Of a stretch of 64,000 bases of DNA, positions 29,688 to 40,693 are shown piece by piece. The position numbers were made by a program, and so were the translations under genes. Every line of letters begins with the position of its first letter. Position 1 is the first letter of the stretch. A model generated the notes under the pieces. That model saw nothing but the letters and a program-made list of their open reading frames with translations. It had not been told where the DNA came from and did not search any database. Source of the DNA: Escherichia coli (GTDB lineage: Bacteria; Pseudomonadota; Gammaproteobacteria; Enterobacterales; Enterobacteriaceae); assembly GCF_013315695.1 (NCBI RefSeq), contig NZ_CP054353.1; one strand, 5' to 3'.

Positions 29688-30575
29688 TTATCGGGTCATG
29701 TTGATGCCGGATGCTTTCTGCTCCAGCATACGTTTCGCCAAATCCACAATGACGGCTGCGGCTTCAACCGGCGGCGTGCCGCCCTGGTGAATGTTAGAGA
29801 TACAGGTGCGATCGGCCTCAACGGTGGTCGCCATACGCGGCGAGTAAACGGCGTAGCAGGAGAGGCTTTCTGACTGCCCCAACCCCGGACGTTCGCCCAC
29901 CAGCAGGATCACCACTTTCGCACCGAGGATCTCACCGATCTGATCTTCAATCTTCACGCGACCATAACGAACAAAGAATGGCGTACCAACTTTCAGCCCG
30001 GCCTGTTTCAGGCCCGCCATCAGCGGCGGCAGGATCTCTTCGTAGTTCACGGTGATCGCATCAGTTGACAGGCCATCAGAAATAACGACCTGCACGTCCG
30101 GATTAGCAACACACTGTGCTTTCAGCGCTTCAACAGCTTCTGCACACAGGCGGCGGCCCATATCCGGGCGAGTCAGGTAGAGATTTTTGTCGCTGATTTC
30201 GGAGCGGACTTCCAGCAAGCCCTGCGCTTTCACCCACTCTTCCGGCACTTCTTTCAGTACAGTATCTTTCGAACGAGAGTGATCGGCCAGGAAACGCAGC
30301 AACGCCTGGGTACGCGGACGCGGACCGGCACGACCGGTACAAACGCGGGCCACGGTGCTGCGACGCAGTTCTGTTAATACGTCTGCGCGATGCGGGTTTT
30401 CAACACCAATCCACGCTTTTGCTTCCGCAGAGCCTAAATCCAGCGCGCAGCTTTCCGAGGTCACCGGTGCCGCACAGGTGGTGGTGGCGCACTTTGCTTC
30501 TGACGGCGCGGGGGCCGCTTGTCCCATTGACGCCATCACGCTGCGTACAATTTCTTCAATCTGTTTTTGATCCAT
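29688..30575 (-). CDS. eutC: Ethanolamine ammonia-lyase small subunit
   Basis: 295-aa ORF; follows eutB. Confidence 0.95.
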   Translation of the reverse strand: MDQKQIEEIVRSVMASMGQAAPAPSEAKCATTTCAAPVTSESCALDLGSAEAKAWIGVENPHRADVLTELRRSTVARVCTGRAGPRPRTQALLRFLADHSRSKDTVLKEVPEEWVKAQGLLEVRSEISDKNLYLTRPDMGRRLCAEAVEALKAQCVANPDVQVVISDGLSTDAITVNYEEILPPLMAGLKQAGLKVGTPFFVRYGRVKIEDQIGEILGAKVVILLVGERPGLGQSESLSCYAVYSPRMATTVEADRTCISNIHQGGTPPVEAAAVIVDLAKRMLEQKASGINMTR

Positions 30576-30595
30576 GATGTGTTATCTCCGCGTCA

Positions 30596-31957
30596 TCAGA
30601 AGAACAGTGACGGATCGCCCGCCCGTTTGGTCAGGCGACCGTTTGCCATAATGCCCATGCTTTCCAGCCAGCGTTCAAACTCCGGTGACGGGCGCAGGTT
30701 GAGTAACTGACGCACAGTGGCAGTGTCGTGGAATGCGGTGGTCTGATAGTTGAGCATGATGTCATCACCCAGCGGCATCCCCATGATGTAGTTGCAGCCT
30801 GCGGTGGCGAGCAGGATCATCAGGTTTTCGTTGAGGTTCTGGTCAGCGTCAGCGTGGTTGGTGTAGCAGCAGTCACAGCCCATAGAGATGCCGCTCAGCT
30901 TGCCCATAAAGTGATCTTCTAAGCCCGCGCGGATAATCTGGCGGTCGTTGTAGAGATACTCCGGCCCAATAAAACCGACCACGGTGTTGACGATAAACGG
31001 ATCGTAATGACGCGCCAGCCCATAGTTACGCGCTTCCATCGTCACCTGGTCAGCGCCGAAGTTAGCGCCAGCAGACAGCGCCGAACCTTGTCCGGTTTCG
31101 AAGTAGAGGCAGTTTTCCCCAGCGATACGGTTAAACTCTGCACCCACTGCGCGCGCTTCGTCGAGCATCGCCAGCTCCACGCCAAACTCTTTCAGCCCTT
31201 TTTCGCTGCCGCAAATACTCTGGAAAATCAGCCCGCCCGGTGCGCCGCGACGAATCGCTTCGATCTGGGTGGTGACGTGCGCCAGTACGCAGCCCTGAGT
31301 TGGGATGTTGAATTTGTCGATCACGCCATAGATGGTATCCAACACGCGGCTTAAGTTTTCCACGTCGTCCGTCACCGGGTTAACGCCGATCACCGCATCG
31401 CCCACCCCGAAGGAAAGCCCTTCGTAGATTTGCGCGGCGATACTTTGCACATCGTCACGGGTATCGTTTGGCTGCAAGCGGGCGCTAAAGGTGCCCGGAA
31501 TACCGATGGTGGTATTGGCCTTTTTGATCACCGGCATTTTCTTCGCGCCGTAGATCAGGTCCGCGTTAGAACTGATCTTCGCCACCGCCGCGACCACTTC
31601 CGAGGTCAGCCCTTTGCGGGTAAAGGCAATGTCGTCAACGCTGGTTTCGTCGCTCAGGACGTATTCACGCAGTTCGCTGATGCTCCAGTTTTTAATCTGG
31701 TTGTAGGCCGTTTCGTTAACATCGTCCTGAATCAGCCGCGTCACGCAGTCATCTTCATAGGCAATCACCGGATTATTGCGGATGTCCGCTACGGTCATTT
31801 CCGACAACACCTGCTTTGCCGCCACGCGCTCCTGTGAACTTGCCGCTGCAACGCCTGCCAGCACATCCCCCGAACGCAGTTCGTTGGCTTTAGCCAGCAC
31901 CTCTTTTACATCCTTAAACTGATATACATTGCCGAACAATGTGGTCTTTAGTTTCAT
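30596..31957 (-). CDS. eutB: Ethanolamine ammonia-lyase large subunit
   Basis: 453-aa ORF. Confidence 0.96.
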   Translation of the reverse strand: MKLKTTLFGNVYQFKDVKEVLAKANELRSGDVLAGVAAASSQERVAAKQVLSEMTVADIRNNPVIAYEDDCVTRLIQDDVNETAYNQIKNWSISELREYVLSDETSVDDIAFTRKGLTSEVVAAVAKISSNADLIYGAKKMPVIKKANTTIGIPGTFSARLQPNDTRDDVQSIAAQIYEGLSFGVGDAVIGVNPVTDDVENLSRVLDTIYGVIDKFNIPTQGCVLAHVTTQIEAIRRGAPGGLIFQSICGSEKGLKEFGVELAMLDEARAVGAEFNRIAGENCLYFETGQGSALSAGANFGADQVTMEARNYGLARHYDPFIVNTVVGFIGPEYLYNDRQIIRAGLEDHFMGKLSGISMGCDCCYTNHADADQNLNENLMILLATAGCNYIMGMPLGDDIMLNYQTTAFHDTATVRQLLNLRPSPEFERWLESMGIMANGRLTKRAGDPSLFF

Positions 31958-31968
31958 AAGTCGTTCCC

Positions 31969-33372
31969 TCAGGAAGGAAATGCGAGTGATTTCACCGTCA
32001 CCGGCACAACCGATCCGCCAAAAAGAGGCGTACCAATGTCGATATAGTCCCCCGCGCGGACAATCACTTCGTCAATGACTGCCAACGGGAGTTGTTGTAG
32101 CTGTGGGCGCAACAACATGCCCAGAGCTTTACCAAAGTCCTGCCCGGCCACCACCAGCAGGGGATGCGGATTCGGAAAACGCGCGACGAAATCGACCAAC
32201 GCGTTGATGACCGTCAGTACCGCGGCGTAACGCACAGGCAGCGAGGCGGGAAGCGCCAGCACGTACGCGTCAGTTTTAGGATCAAGATCCAGCTGAATCA
32301 GCGCCTGTTGCCAGGCACTCACCAGATCCGTTTCATCAATCGGGATCGCCACCGGCAAATTGCGCAGCGGCAGTTGTACGCCCTCCAGCCAGATTGTGCT
32401 GCCAGAGAGCGAAAGGGTATGAGCTCCCGCGCCAATCACCGTGGCGCGCACGGTTTGCGCCGGAAACTGCACGTTCATCTCACGCAGGCGCGGATGGTCA
32501 TGCAGCGCCGTTGCCAGAAGCGGGCCAATATCGGCAAAACAGAACGGGTCGGCGGGCTGGTGGCGATAACATTCGCCAACGCCGCCAGAAAGCGTAATGA
32601 TTTCGGGCGTAACACCTACGGGCAGCAAACCGGTTTGCATCAATGCCTGCGCGAGCGGCGAAAGCGTTCCGTCAATCACTTCGACAATCAGCTCTGCCAT
32701 CCGCCGGGTAACCTGCACCAGCTGCGCGCCAGTCAGCGAACGGGCGTCGGTGCCTGCACCGAAGCACTCATCCACAATCATCTGCCCCGGTTTATGAGCG
32801 TAAACCACGCGCCCCTGGCTGTCGGTTTCCAGCAGGCGACCGCCGACATTGAGGCAGGCGGTGCCGCTGATTTTTCCGGCATCGAACAGGGCGTAGTTCG
32901 CGGTGCCACCGCCGATGTCGATATTCAGTACCCGACACAGCCGTTGTTCAGAAAGGGTTTGCGCCCCGGCACCGTGACCGGCGATCACGGATTCGAGATG
33001 CGGCCCGGCGCTGGCGACGACAAAATCGCCCAGCGACTGGGAGAGCGTCATCACCGCCGGGCGAGCGTTGCGGGTTTTCGCGCTTTCACCGGTGATAATG
33101 ATGGCACCAGAATCAACGCTTTCCGGCGCAATGCCCGCAGCCTGATATTGCTCGAGGATTAAGGTTTTCAGTTCCGCTTCTTTTAAACCACCCTGTTTAT
33201 CGACAGGGGTAAAGAACACCGGGCTTTGCCAGCTAATTTCGCGTTTGATGAATTCGTAGCGCGGCACCTGCGACACCGCCGCACGGTTAACCAGCTCCAG
33301 GTGGGAGAAGATCACCTGGGTGGTGGTGGTGCCGATATCGATACCGACGCTCAGTAGCTGGCGAGTGTTCAC
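31969..33372 (-). CDS. eutA: Ethanolamine ammonia-lyase reactivase
   Basis: 467-aa ORF; only 11 bp separate its stop from the eutB start (no prophage between them). Confidence 0.95.
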   Translation of the reverse strand: MNTRQLLSVGIDIGTTTTQVIFSHLELVNRAAVSQVPRYEFIKREISWQSPVFFTPVDKQGGLKEAELKTLILEQYQAAGIAPESVDSGAIIITGESAKTRNARPAVMTLSQSLGDFVVASAGPHLESVIAGHGAGAQTLSEQRLCRVLNIDIGGGTANYALFDAGKISGTACLNVGGRLLETDSQGRVVYAHKPGQMIVDECFGAGTDARSLTGAQLVQVTRRMAELIVEVIDGTLSPLAQALMQTGLLPVGVTPEIITLSGGVGECYRHQPADPFCFADIGPLLATALHDHPRLREMNVQFPAQTVRATVIGAGAHTLSLSGSTIWLEGVQLPLRNLPVAIPIDETDLVSAWQQALIQLDLDPKTDAYVLALPASLPVRYAAVLTVINALVDFVARFPNPHPLLVVAGQDFGKALGMLLRPQLQQLPLAVIDEVIVRAGDYIDIGTPLFGGSVVPVTVKSLAFPS

Positions 33373-34595
33373 GATTGCGCCTCCGCTTCGGTTTTAGCCG
33401 TGGTCGCGTCTTCTTTTGGCACCAGCATCATCGCCACGCCAATCGCCGTTACGCCGCCGATCAACTTGCCGACAATCATCGGGAAGATCATGGCGTTCAT
33501 GTTGGCAGCGGCGAAGCCTAAGTGGTCGCCCAGGGCGAAAGCAGCGGAAACGGCGAAGGCACAGTTGATGACTTTGCCGCGGGTATCCATCTGCTTCATC
33601 ATGCCAAACATCGGGATGTTGTTGGCAAGCGTTGCCACCATGCCGGCTGCCGCGATGTTGTTCATATTCAGCACCTTACCGACGCTCATCAGCGGTTTTT
33701 CAAACCAGCGAGTCAGCAGCAGCACCATCGGATACGCCCCTAACAGAACGCAGGAGATCGAGCCGATAACTTCAATGGCGCGCATCACTTCACCGGGTTT
33801 ATCGCCAGGGGCCATAAAGATAGGATCAAGGCCCGGGATCAGTTCCCAGCCAAGGAGGAATTTCACTACCGCAGCGGCAAGACCGAGGGTGATCAATGCA
33901 ACGAGGAATTTGGCGAAGATCTGGAAGCCGTTGATCATTTTTTCCGGGATGAATTTCAGCCCCAGCGCCACCAGCACCGCAACGATAAGTACCGGGATCA
34001 TGTTCATCAGGATCAGCGCAAAGGTGAATTCCACTGGCTGACCGTTGATCTGCACACCGGAGTACATAGCCACCAGACCACCGGCAATACAGCCAATCGG
34101 AATGGTCACAATGCCCGCCAGCACGCCGAGCGCCAGATAACGACGGTCAGAAGGTTCGATAATGCCGAGCGCCACCGGAATGGAAAACACAATCGTTGGC
34201 CCCATCATCGACCCGAGAATTAATCCAGAGTATAGCCACGCTGCTACGTCGCCGCCCGCCAACTCTTTGGCGAGGAAGAAGCCGCCCATATCGCACGCCA
34301 GCAGTGTTCCGGCGAACATTGACGGGTTTGCGCCGAGCATTTCGTAAACCGGGATAATCACCGGTCCGAGTACGTGGGCCAGAACAGGTGCCAGCGCGGT
34401 CATACCAACCATCGCCAGGCCCAAAGCGCCCATTGCCATAAAGCCTTCTTCGAACTGACCGCCGGATCCTTCGATACTTTTACCGAACTTACCGAGGAAA
34501 CGAGCAGAACCGCCGAACTGCGACAGGATCCTGTCTACGGCAGCTATCAGCATAAAGAACATCATGATGTACATGATGATTTCGTTAATTCCCAT
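33369..34595 (-). CDS. eutH: Ethanolamine permease
   Basis: 408-aa multi-TM ORF; 4-bp overlap with eutA. Confidence 0.95.
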   Translation of the reverse strand: MGINEIIMYIMMFFMLIAAVDRILSQFGGSARFLGKFGKSIEGSGGQFEEGFMAMGALGLAMVGMTALAPVLAHVLGPVIIPVYEMLGANPSMFAGTLLACDMGGFFLAKELAGGDVAAWLYSGLILGSMMGPTIVFSIPVALGIIEPSDRRYLALGVLAGIVTIPIGCIAGGLVAMYSGVQINGQPVEFTFALILMNMIPVLIVAVLVALGLKFIPEKMINGFQIFAKFLVALITLGLAAAVVKFLLGWELIPGLDPIFMAPGDKPGEVMRAIEVIGSISCVLLGAYPMVLLLTRWFEKPLMSVGKVLNMNNIAAAGMVATLANNIPMFGMMKQMDTRGKVINCAFAVSAAFALGDHLGFAAANMNAMIFPMIVGKLIGGVTAIGVAMMLVPKEDATTAKTEAEAQS

Positions 34596-34626
34596 CGCCT
34601 TTACTCCCTGTTAGTTGTTATTTATT

Positions 34627-34709
34627 GGCGGATGCGGCGTGAACGTCTTATCCGCCCTACATGTGCAATCCCGAAGGCCGGATAAGACGCGGCAAGCGTC
34701 GCATCCGGC
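34627..34709. repeat. BIME (two inverted REP elements) between eutH and eutG
   Basis: GGCGGATGCGGCGTGAACGTCTTATCCGCCCTAC ... GGCCGGATAAGACGCGGCAAGCGTCGCATCCGGC, canonical REP palindromes in opposite orientation. Confidence 0.6.
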
Positions 34710-34711
34710 AT

Positions 34712-35899
34712 TTATTGCGCCGCTGCGTACAGACCGACAATCTGCTCCAGGCTGGCGGTACGCGGGTTACTGCGCAGACAAACATCTTCCAGCGCGGCCT
34801 GCGCCCATGCACCGTAATGCGCAGATGTCGCACCAATATCGCCCAGTCGTTTACCAATCCCGACTTCCGCAATCAGCTCACTTACCGCGTTAATAGCGTC
34901 ACGATCGTCGGATTTTTTAGTTCTCAGCGCCCGGCCAATCTGACTAAACCGATCACGACAAACCATCCGGTTAAATTCCATCACCGTTGGCAGCAACATA
35001 GCGTTCGCCAGACCGTGCGGAATATGCAGCGCCGCCCCTGGCTGATGCGCCATCGCGTGGCACAACCCAAGTCCGGCACTGGAAAACGCCATTCCCGCCA
35101 TACATGAAGCCAGCAACATGCTCTCGCGGGCGGCAAGGTCGTGACCGTAGCCCACCGCTTTCGGCAGCGATTTGCCAATCATCGCAATGGCACCAATCGC
35201 CAGACTGTCGGTAAACGGTGTGGCGTTCAGCGCGCTGTACGCTTCAATGGCATGGGTTAACGCATCAATGCCAGTCATCGCCGTGACATGCGACGGCACA
35301 CCTTCGGTCAATGCGGCGTCGAGGATCGCCACATCCGGCATCAGCGAGGCATGGGCTAACACCTGTTTGCGCCCGCTTACCGCATCGATAATCACCGTCA
35401 CGTTAGTCGTTTCAGAGCCGGTTCCGGCGGTCGTTGGAATGGCAATCAACGGCAGGCGCGGTTGCAGAACGCTGGTTTCTGACATTTCTGCCAGCGTGCT
35501 ATCCGGGTTCGTCACCAGCAACGCCACGGCTTTCGCCGCATCCAGCACCGAGCCGCCGCCAAACGCGATCACCCCGTCACAACCTGATTCACGCAACTGC
35601 GCCACGGCTGCACACACGTCGGTGATGCATGGTTCGCCCACCGGACATGGCCAGAGCGTCATGGCGATACCTTTAACGGCCAGGCTACGCGTCAGCCCGG
35701 CGGTCATCCCGGTCTGATGCAAAAAGCTGTCTGCCATCACGAACAGATGTTTCAGCCCACGCGTTTGCGCTTGCTGCCCACAACTGCTCACCGCGCCCGG
35801 ACCGCAAAGCGTCACCGGTGGAACGCTAAATGTTTTTACCCGTTGCAGATTCAGGGTATCGAACGCCTGAAAGAGCGCGGTCTGCAATTCATTTTGCAT
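34712..35899 (-). CDS. eutG: Iron-containing alcohol dehydrogenase EutG
   Basis: 395-aa ORF. Confidence 0.95.
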   Translation of the reverse strand: MQNELQTALFQAFDTLNLQRVKTFSVPPVTLCGPGAVSSCGQQAQTRGLKHLFVMADSFLHQTGMTAGLTRSLAVKGIAMTLWPCPVGEPCITDVCAAVAQLRESGCDGVIAFGGGSVLDAAKAVALLVTNPDSTLAEMSETSVLQPRLPLIAIPTTAGTGSETTNVTVIIDAVSGRKQVLAHASLMPDVAILDAALTEGVPSHVTAMTGIDALTHAIEAYSALNATPFTDSLAIGAIAMIGKSLPKAVGYGHDLAARESMLLASCMAGMAFSSAGLGLCHAMAHQPGAALHIPHGLANAMLLPTVMEFNRMVCRDRFSQIGRALRTKKSDDRDAINAVSELIAEVGIGKRLGDIGATSAHYGAWAQAALEDVCLRSNPRTASLEQIVGLYAAAQ

Positions 35900-36725
35900 A
35901 TAGCCCCTCCGCTTTCTCTCGCCCGCTACTGGCGATCGCCAGCGGGGTCATAAACAAACTGTGCTGCGGTAAATGCACCTGTAACGCCGGGAATTGTTTG
36001 CGAAACAGTTCCGCCACGCCCGGTTGCATACAAGAGCCGCCCGCCAGCCATAAATCCGTAATGCCCTGCCCTTCAATATGCCGGGCGACGATGTCCGCCA
36101 TTTTTTCGTACACCGGTTTCACCGCGGGCCAAATCTCTTCACCGTGACCGCGCTTGTACTGCTCTGCCTCTTCCAGCGAAATACGACGATTTCCGGCGAG
36201 AGTCAGAGAGATGTGATGTCCGCCGGTCGCTTCATCCGCCGAGTACGTCACCTTGCCCTTTTTCACGATGGCAATACCAGTAGTGCCACCGCCGATATCC
36301 ACTACACCGGCGTTGTCCAGTTGCAGCAGATCCGCGACTGCGGTTGGCTCATCCAGTACATGGCTCACTTCCAGTCCGGCAGATTCCAGCACGTTGATGG
36401 AAATACGCGGGTCCGTACCTGGAGGAAAAGAGGTCGCCGCATGGCTAAAACGGCGACCGAATTGCTGCTCGAGGGTGTCGAGATGGCGACGAACAATGGT
36501 GACCGCACCGAAGAAATCCCAGACGATGCCGTCGCGGACCACATCGGCCCAGTCGAGGCATACCGCCACCGGCAGACCGTCGCGGTCGACAACCATCGAC
36601 ACCACATCGCAGGTGCCCAGATCCACCCCCAGCCACAGCGGAGATTCCGTCGCGGCGGGCGTCTGGTTACACAGCGTTGCCGCCGTTTGCAGACGTGGGG
36701 TGAGCCATTGTTCATCGTGCGCCAT
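35889..36725 (-). CDS. eutJ: Hsp70/actin-fold chaperone-like protein EutJ
   Basis: 278-aa ORF; overlaps eutG start. Confidence 0.94.
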   Translation of the reverse strand: MAHDEQWLTPRLQTAATLCNQTPAATESPLWLGVDLGTCDVVSMVVDRDGLPVAVCLDWADVVRDGIVWDFFGAVTIVRRHLDTLEQQFGRRFSHAATSFPPGTDPRISINVLESAGLEVSHVLDEPTAVADLLQLDNAGVVDIGGGTTGIAIVKKGKVTYSADEATGGHHISLTLAGNRRISLEEAEQYKRGHGEEIWPAVKPVYEKMADIVARHIEGQGITDLWLAGGSCMQPGVAELFRKQFPALQVHLPQHSLFMTPLAIASSGREKAEGLYAK

Positions 36726-36735
36726 CGGTTACTCC

Positions 36736-38139
36736 TTAAACAATGCGAAACGCATCGACTAATACACAGCGACGCAGACGGACAAACGTCCGCGCGCTGG
36801 TTACCCCTTCACCGGTTGGCGTGGTGATGGTCATGGTGGTCCAGCCTTCCCCGCCCAGCCCCAGCCCGGCAATGCACGGTCCGTTCTTAACGAAAATGCT
36901 GGTATCAATGGCATTCGCCATCTGGTTCATGTTCTCGATATTGCGCGAGTGCATTGCCGCCGTGTGGTGGCAACCGCCTTCCAGTTTCACCGCCAGCGCA
37001 ATGGCATCCGCCACGTTGGCGACGCGCACGACGGGCAGCACCGGCATCATCAGTTCAGTCACAGCAAACGGATGTTCTGCGGTGGTTTCTACAAACAGCA
37101 GTCGCGTTTGTTCCGGAACTTTAAGGCCGATTGCCGCCGCGATTTTCGCCGCATCGCGACCAACCCAGTCACGGCTGACGGTGCCTTTTCCGCGCTCGTC
37201 GATATTTTTCAGCAACACCGGTTGCAGCTGCTGCGCCTGCTCTGCGGTCAGTTTCACCGCGTGCTGGCCTTCCATCAGACGCATCAGTTCATCGGCTACG
37301 CTATCCACAACAATCAGTACCTTTTCGTCGGCACAAATGATGTTGTTATCGAAAGACGCGCCTTTGACGATGGACTGAGCAGCACGGGCGAGGTCGGCGG
37401 TTTCATCCACCACTACCGGCGGGTTGCCAGCGCCTGCGGCAATCAGACGTTTATTGGTGTGTTTACGCGCCGCTTCTACTACCGCTTCGCCGCCGGTCAC
37501 CACCAGCAGGCCGATGCCCGGAAACTTGAACAAACGTTGAGCGGTTTCGATATCCGGATTTGCCACAGTAACCAGTAAGTTTTCCGGCCCGCCTGCGGCA
37601 ACAATCGCCTGGTTGAGCAGCGTGATCGCCCGCTGGGAGACTTTTTTCGCCGCCGGATGCGGGGCAAAAATGACGCTGTTGCCCGCGGCAATCAGGCTGA
37701 TGGCGTTGTTAATTACGGTTGCCGCCGGGTTAGTGGAAGGCGTCACCGAAGCCACTACGCCCCAGGGCGCGTTTTCAATTAAAGTCAGGCCGTTGTCACC
37801 GGTCAGCACTTGCGGAGAGAGGCACTCAACGCCTGGTGTGCCGCGCGCCTGAGCGACGTTTTTGGCAAATTTATCTTCAACGCGCCCCATGCCGGTTTCA
37901 CTGACGGCAAGTTCCGCTAAATCTCTGGCGTGTTTTTCGCCTGCTTCACGAATGGCAGCAATGGCTAACTGGCGCATTGCCACGCTTTTTAACCCTTGCT
38001 GGGCGACTTTGGCTGCCGCAACGGCGTCATCCAGGGACGCGAAAACGCCCATCTCATGAACGGCGGCGGGCGGCGTGTCACTGCTTTGCATTTTCAGCAG
38101 TACCGCTTTCACCACCTGTTCAATATCCTGTTGATTCAT
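36736..38139 (-). CDS. eutE: CoA-acylating acetaldehyde dehydrogenase EutE
   Basis: 467-aa aldehyde dehydrogenase-family ORF. Confidence 0.95.
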   Translation of the reverse strand: MNQQDIEQVVKAVLLKMQSSDTPPAAVHEMGVFASLDDAVAAAKVAQQGLKSVAMRQLAIAAIREAGEKHARDLAELAVSETGMGRVEDKFAKNVAQARGTPGVECLSPQVLTGDNGLTLIENAPWGVVASVTPSTNPAATVINNAISLIAAGNSVIFAPHPAAKKVSQRAITLLNQAIVAAGGPENLLVTVANPDIETAQRLFKFPGIGLLVVTGGEAVVEAARKHTNKRLIAAGAGNPPVVVDETADLARAAQSIVKGASFDNNIICADEKVLIVVDSVADELMRLMEGQHAVKLTAEQAQQLQPVLLKNIDERGKGTVSRDWVGRDAAKIAAAIGLKVPEQTRLLFVETTAEHPFAVTELMMPVLPVVRVANVADAIALAVKLEGGCHHTAAMHSRNIENMNQMANAIDTSIFVKNGPCIAGLGLGGEGWTTMTITTPTGEGVTSARTFVRLRRCVLVDAFRIV

Positions 38140-38150
38140 GATGTTCTGCC

Positions 38151-38438
38151 TTATTTGTGGAAAATGACCTGACCGCCAGACACCACCTCATCGACGATGC
38201 CAATCACGCACAGATCGACCGGTGACGTTTCGCTTTTATGCGCCTGGCGGGCGGAACTGCCACTCACCAGCAACACCCACTCCCCGGTTCCCGCGCCAAT
38301 ATTGTCGATGGCGACGGCGCATTGCCCGTCAGGATTACCTTGTGGATCAATCATTTCCACCATCAGCAATTTGTCATGCGCCAGTCCGTGATGGCGTACG
38401 GTACAAACAATTTGTCCAGTGACGACTGCCAGTTTCAT
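38151..38438 (-). CDS. eutN: Microcompartment vertex protein EutN
   Basis: 95-aa ORF MKLAVVTGQIVCTVRHHGL... Confidence 0.93.
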   Translation of the reverse strand: MKLAVVTGQIVCTVRHHGLAHDKLLMVEMIDPQGNPDGQCAVAIDNIGAGTGEWVLLVSGSSARQAHKSETSPVDLCVIGIVDEVVSGGQVIFHK

Positions 38439-38544
38439 ACCCGCCTCCGTGGCGTATTTCAGGTAAAAGCTCCCCCTACCCTCCGCAGAAGGTAAAATGA
38501 TAAAGGAGAGAGCGTGACGCCCGAATCGACGTCACACAGGGTGA

Positions 38545-38838
38545 TTACAGGTTGCTGCTATCGCCTTTCAGGCCGATCGGGAACACTTCTTCCAGGTCGC
38601 CGTGCGGACGCGGGATAACGTGTACAGATACCAGCTCGCCGATACGCTGTGCCGCTGCGGCACCTGCATCGGTCGCGGCTTTACAGGCTGCAACATCACC
38701 ACGAACCATGGCAGTACACAGGCCGCCGCCAATCTGCTTAACACCAACCAGCTTGACGCGCGCAGCTTTAACCATCGCGTCAGAAGCCTCAATCAGTGCA
38801 ACCAGGCCCCGGGTTTCGATCATTCCTAATGCTTCCAT
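38545..38838 (-). CDS. eutM: Major microcompartment shell protein EutM (BMC-H)
   Basis: 97-aa product from ATG at 38838 ([26 protein letters not shown]...) with GAGGAAA RBS; ORF track start at 38880 is an extension. Confidence 0.93.
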   Translation of the reverse strand: MEALGMIETRGLVALIEASDAMVKAARVKLVGVKQIGGGLCTAMVRGDVAACKAATDAGAAAAQRIGELVSVHVIPRPHGDLEEVFPIGLKGDSSNL

Positions 38839-38876
38839 TGTGCTTTCCTCTTTATCAGGGTCCAGAACGGGACCGT

Positions 38877-39893
38877 TCATTCAACCAGTGTTTGTAAACT
38901 GCTTTCGCGGTTCACTTCTGTCTGACGCGGCACAGCTGCCACCAGCGCCAGCTCGATAATTTCCTGCACGCTACAACCACGAGAGAGATCGTGCATCGGC
39001 GCGGCAAGTCCTTGTATCAATGGCCCGACGGCACGATATCCGCCGAGTCGTTGTGCGATTTTGTAGCCAATATTTCCGGCTTCCAGCGACGGAAAAACCA
39101 TCACATTGGCCTTGCCCTGTAGCGGGCTGGCAGGCGCTTTTTGCGCCGCCACTTCCGGCACGAAGGCGGCGTCAAACTGCAACTCGCCATCGACTACCAG
39201 CTTTGGTGCGCGCTCACGGACGATTTCTGTCGCCTGCTGGACGTTGGCAACGCAGGGGTGACGGGCACTACCATTGCTGGAAAACGACAGCATCGCCACG
39301 CGCGGTTCTTCTCCGGTGATGGCCTGCCAGGTTTCGGCGCTGGCAAGCGCGATATCCGCCAACTGCGCCGCCGTCGGCTGTGGCACCACGCTGCAATCGG
39401 CAAAACCCAACGCCGGACCGCTGTACTGTGGCAGCATCAGGAAAATGGATGAGAGCGTTTTACAGCCTGGCTGCAAGCCGATAATGCGTAATCCGGCACG
39501 CAGCACATTCGCCGTGGAAGAGAGGTTGCCCGCGATACAGACATCCGCTTTACCGGCGCTGACCATTGCTGCGGCGAACATCAGCGGGTCGGTAAGTTTT
39601 TCCAGCGCATCCGGCGGCGTTTTTTCGCCCGCGCGGGCCAGCCAGCGATGAGCAAATTCTTCCCGCATTGCGAGGTTGCCATGCGGATCAATCACCTGTA
39701 GCCCGTCCATCGCCACGCCATGACTGAGCGCAAACTGACGAAGTTCAAACGGATTGGCGACCAGAATGGGCGTTGCCAGACCTTGTTGATGTAAATATTG
39801 CGCAGCTTTCAGCACACGTTGATCTAACGCATCCGGAAAAACTACTCTGGCGGGCGCTCGCAACGCCAGTTCACGACAACGTTCAATAATCAT
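38877..39893 (-). CDS. eutD: Phosphotransacetylase EutD
   Basis: 338-aa ORF. Confidence 0.95.
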   Translation of the reverse strand: MIIERCRELALRAPARVVFPDALDQRVLKAAQYLHQQGLATPILVANPFELRQFALSHGVAMDGLQVIDPHGNLAMREEFAHRWLARAGEKTPPDALEKLTDPLMFAAAMVSAGKADVCIAGNLSSTANVLRAGLRIIGLQPGCKTLSSIFLMLPQYSGPALGFADCSVVPQPTAAQLADIALASAETWQAITGEEPRVAMLSFSSNGSARHPCVANVQQATEIVRERAPKLVVDGELQFDAAFVPEVAAQKAPASPLQGKANVMVFPSLEAGNIGYKIAQRLGGYRAVGPLIQGLAAPMHDLSRGCSVQEIIELALVAAVPRQTEVNRESSLQTLVE

Positions 39894-40693
39894 TGCGTTT
39901 CCCCCAGTCGTTGTTGGATCTGCTTCACCGTTAGCGGCTGCTTCGTTACGCTCAGGATCATCATCACGTAGACCGTGCTGGAAAGGCGGTTCAGCGCCTG
40001 CAAAATGTCCGGGCGTAATACTTCAAAGCTGCGGGTGATAAAGACCTGCGCCGCTACGGTTTCGGTTTCCCGCACTTTGGTGCGTAGCAGATTTAGCAAC
40101 GCCGCATCGCGCCCGTGGCTGGCTTCCGGCACCAGATGATCGTGGTCGAGATAACGCAGCGGCTGGTGAGAAAGCCGATGCAGATCTTCGTCAGAAAGCC
40201 CGACAATCGCTTGGCAGGCCAGCGGTTCCCCCAGCGCATCGGCACGCATAATGTTGCCAAGACGCGAACGGATATCCGCCAGCCACGGCTGCCACGGTTC
40301 CGCCAGTTCAATTTGCAGCCACACTGCCAGCGCAATGGTGCTGTCGAGAACAGCGCGAAAAGCCAGGCGCGGATCGCTTTTGGCAACCATTTTTTCCGCC
40401 GACAGGTGAGTCAGCGTGTCCGGCTTTTTCGCCACCGGCTGGCGGCACAGTTCGCAGCACGCCTGCGGATGTTCATCACTACTGGTCAGCCCGTGAACGG
40501 GCTGCGGCTGCTGCTGTTCATCGTCAACAAACAGGCGGCCCTGCTCGTCAATAAACTTGATGCGCAGATGGCGGCTTTCCAGTAACTCCCGGGCAGAGGG
40601 CGTCAGGCGACTGTCCGCAGGGAGATGGATCTCTGCGCCTTCGCTAAGCGTATGATTCGCTCTTAGCCATGCTTCGGTGATGAAATCTTTCAT
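39890..40693 (-). CDS. eutT: Cob(I)alamin adenosyltransferase EutT
   Basis: 267-aa ORF; 4-bp overlaps with eutD and eutQ. Confidence 0.93.
   Translation of the reverse strand: MKDFITEAWLRANHTLSEGAEIHLPADSRLTPSARELLESRHLRIKFIDEQGRLFVDDEQQQPQPVHGLTSSDEHPQACCELCRQPVAKKPDTLTHLSAEKMVAKSDPRLAFRAVLDSTIALAVWLQIELAEPWQPWLADIRSRLGNIMRADALGEPLACQAIVGLSDEDLHRLSHQPLRYLDHDHLVPEASHGRDAALLNLLRTKVRETETVAAQVFITRSFEVLRPDILQALNRLSSTVYVMMILSVTKQPLTVKQIQQRLGETQ

Noticed and set aside
32164-33162. 332-aa plus-strand ORF antisense to eutA
   Set aside because: Lies entirely inside the well-supported eutA frame on the opposite strand; Arg/Gly/Ala-rich translation typical of antisense frames of GC-rich genes; no RBS or domain
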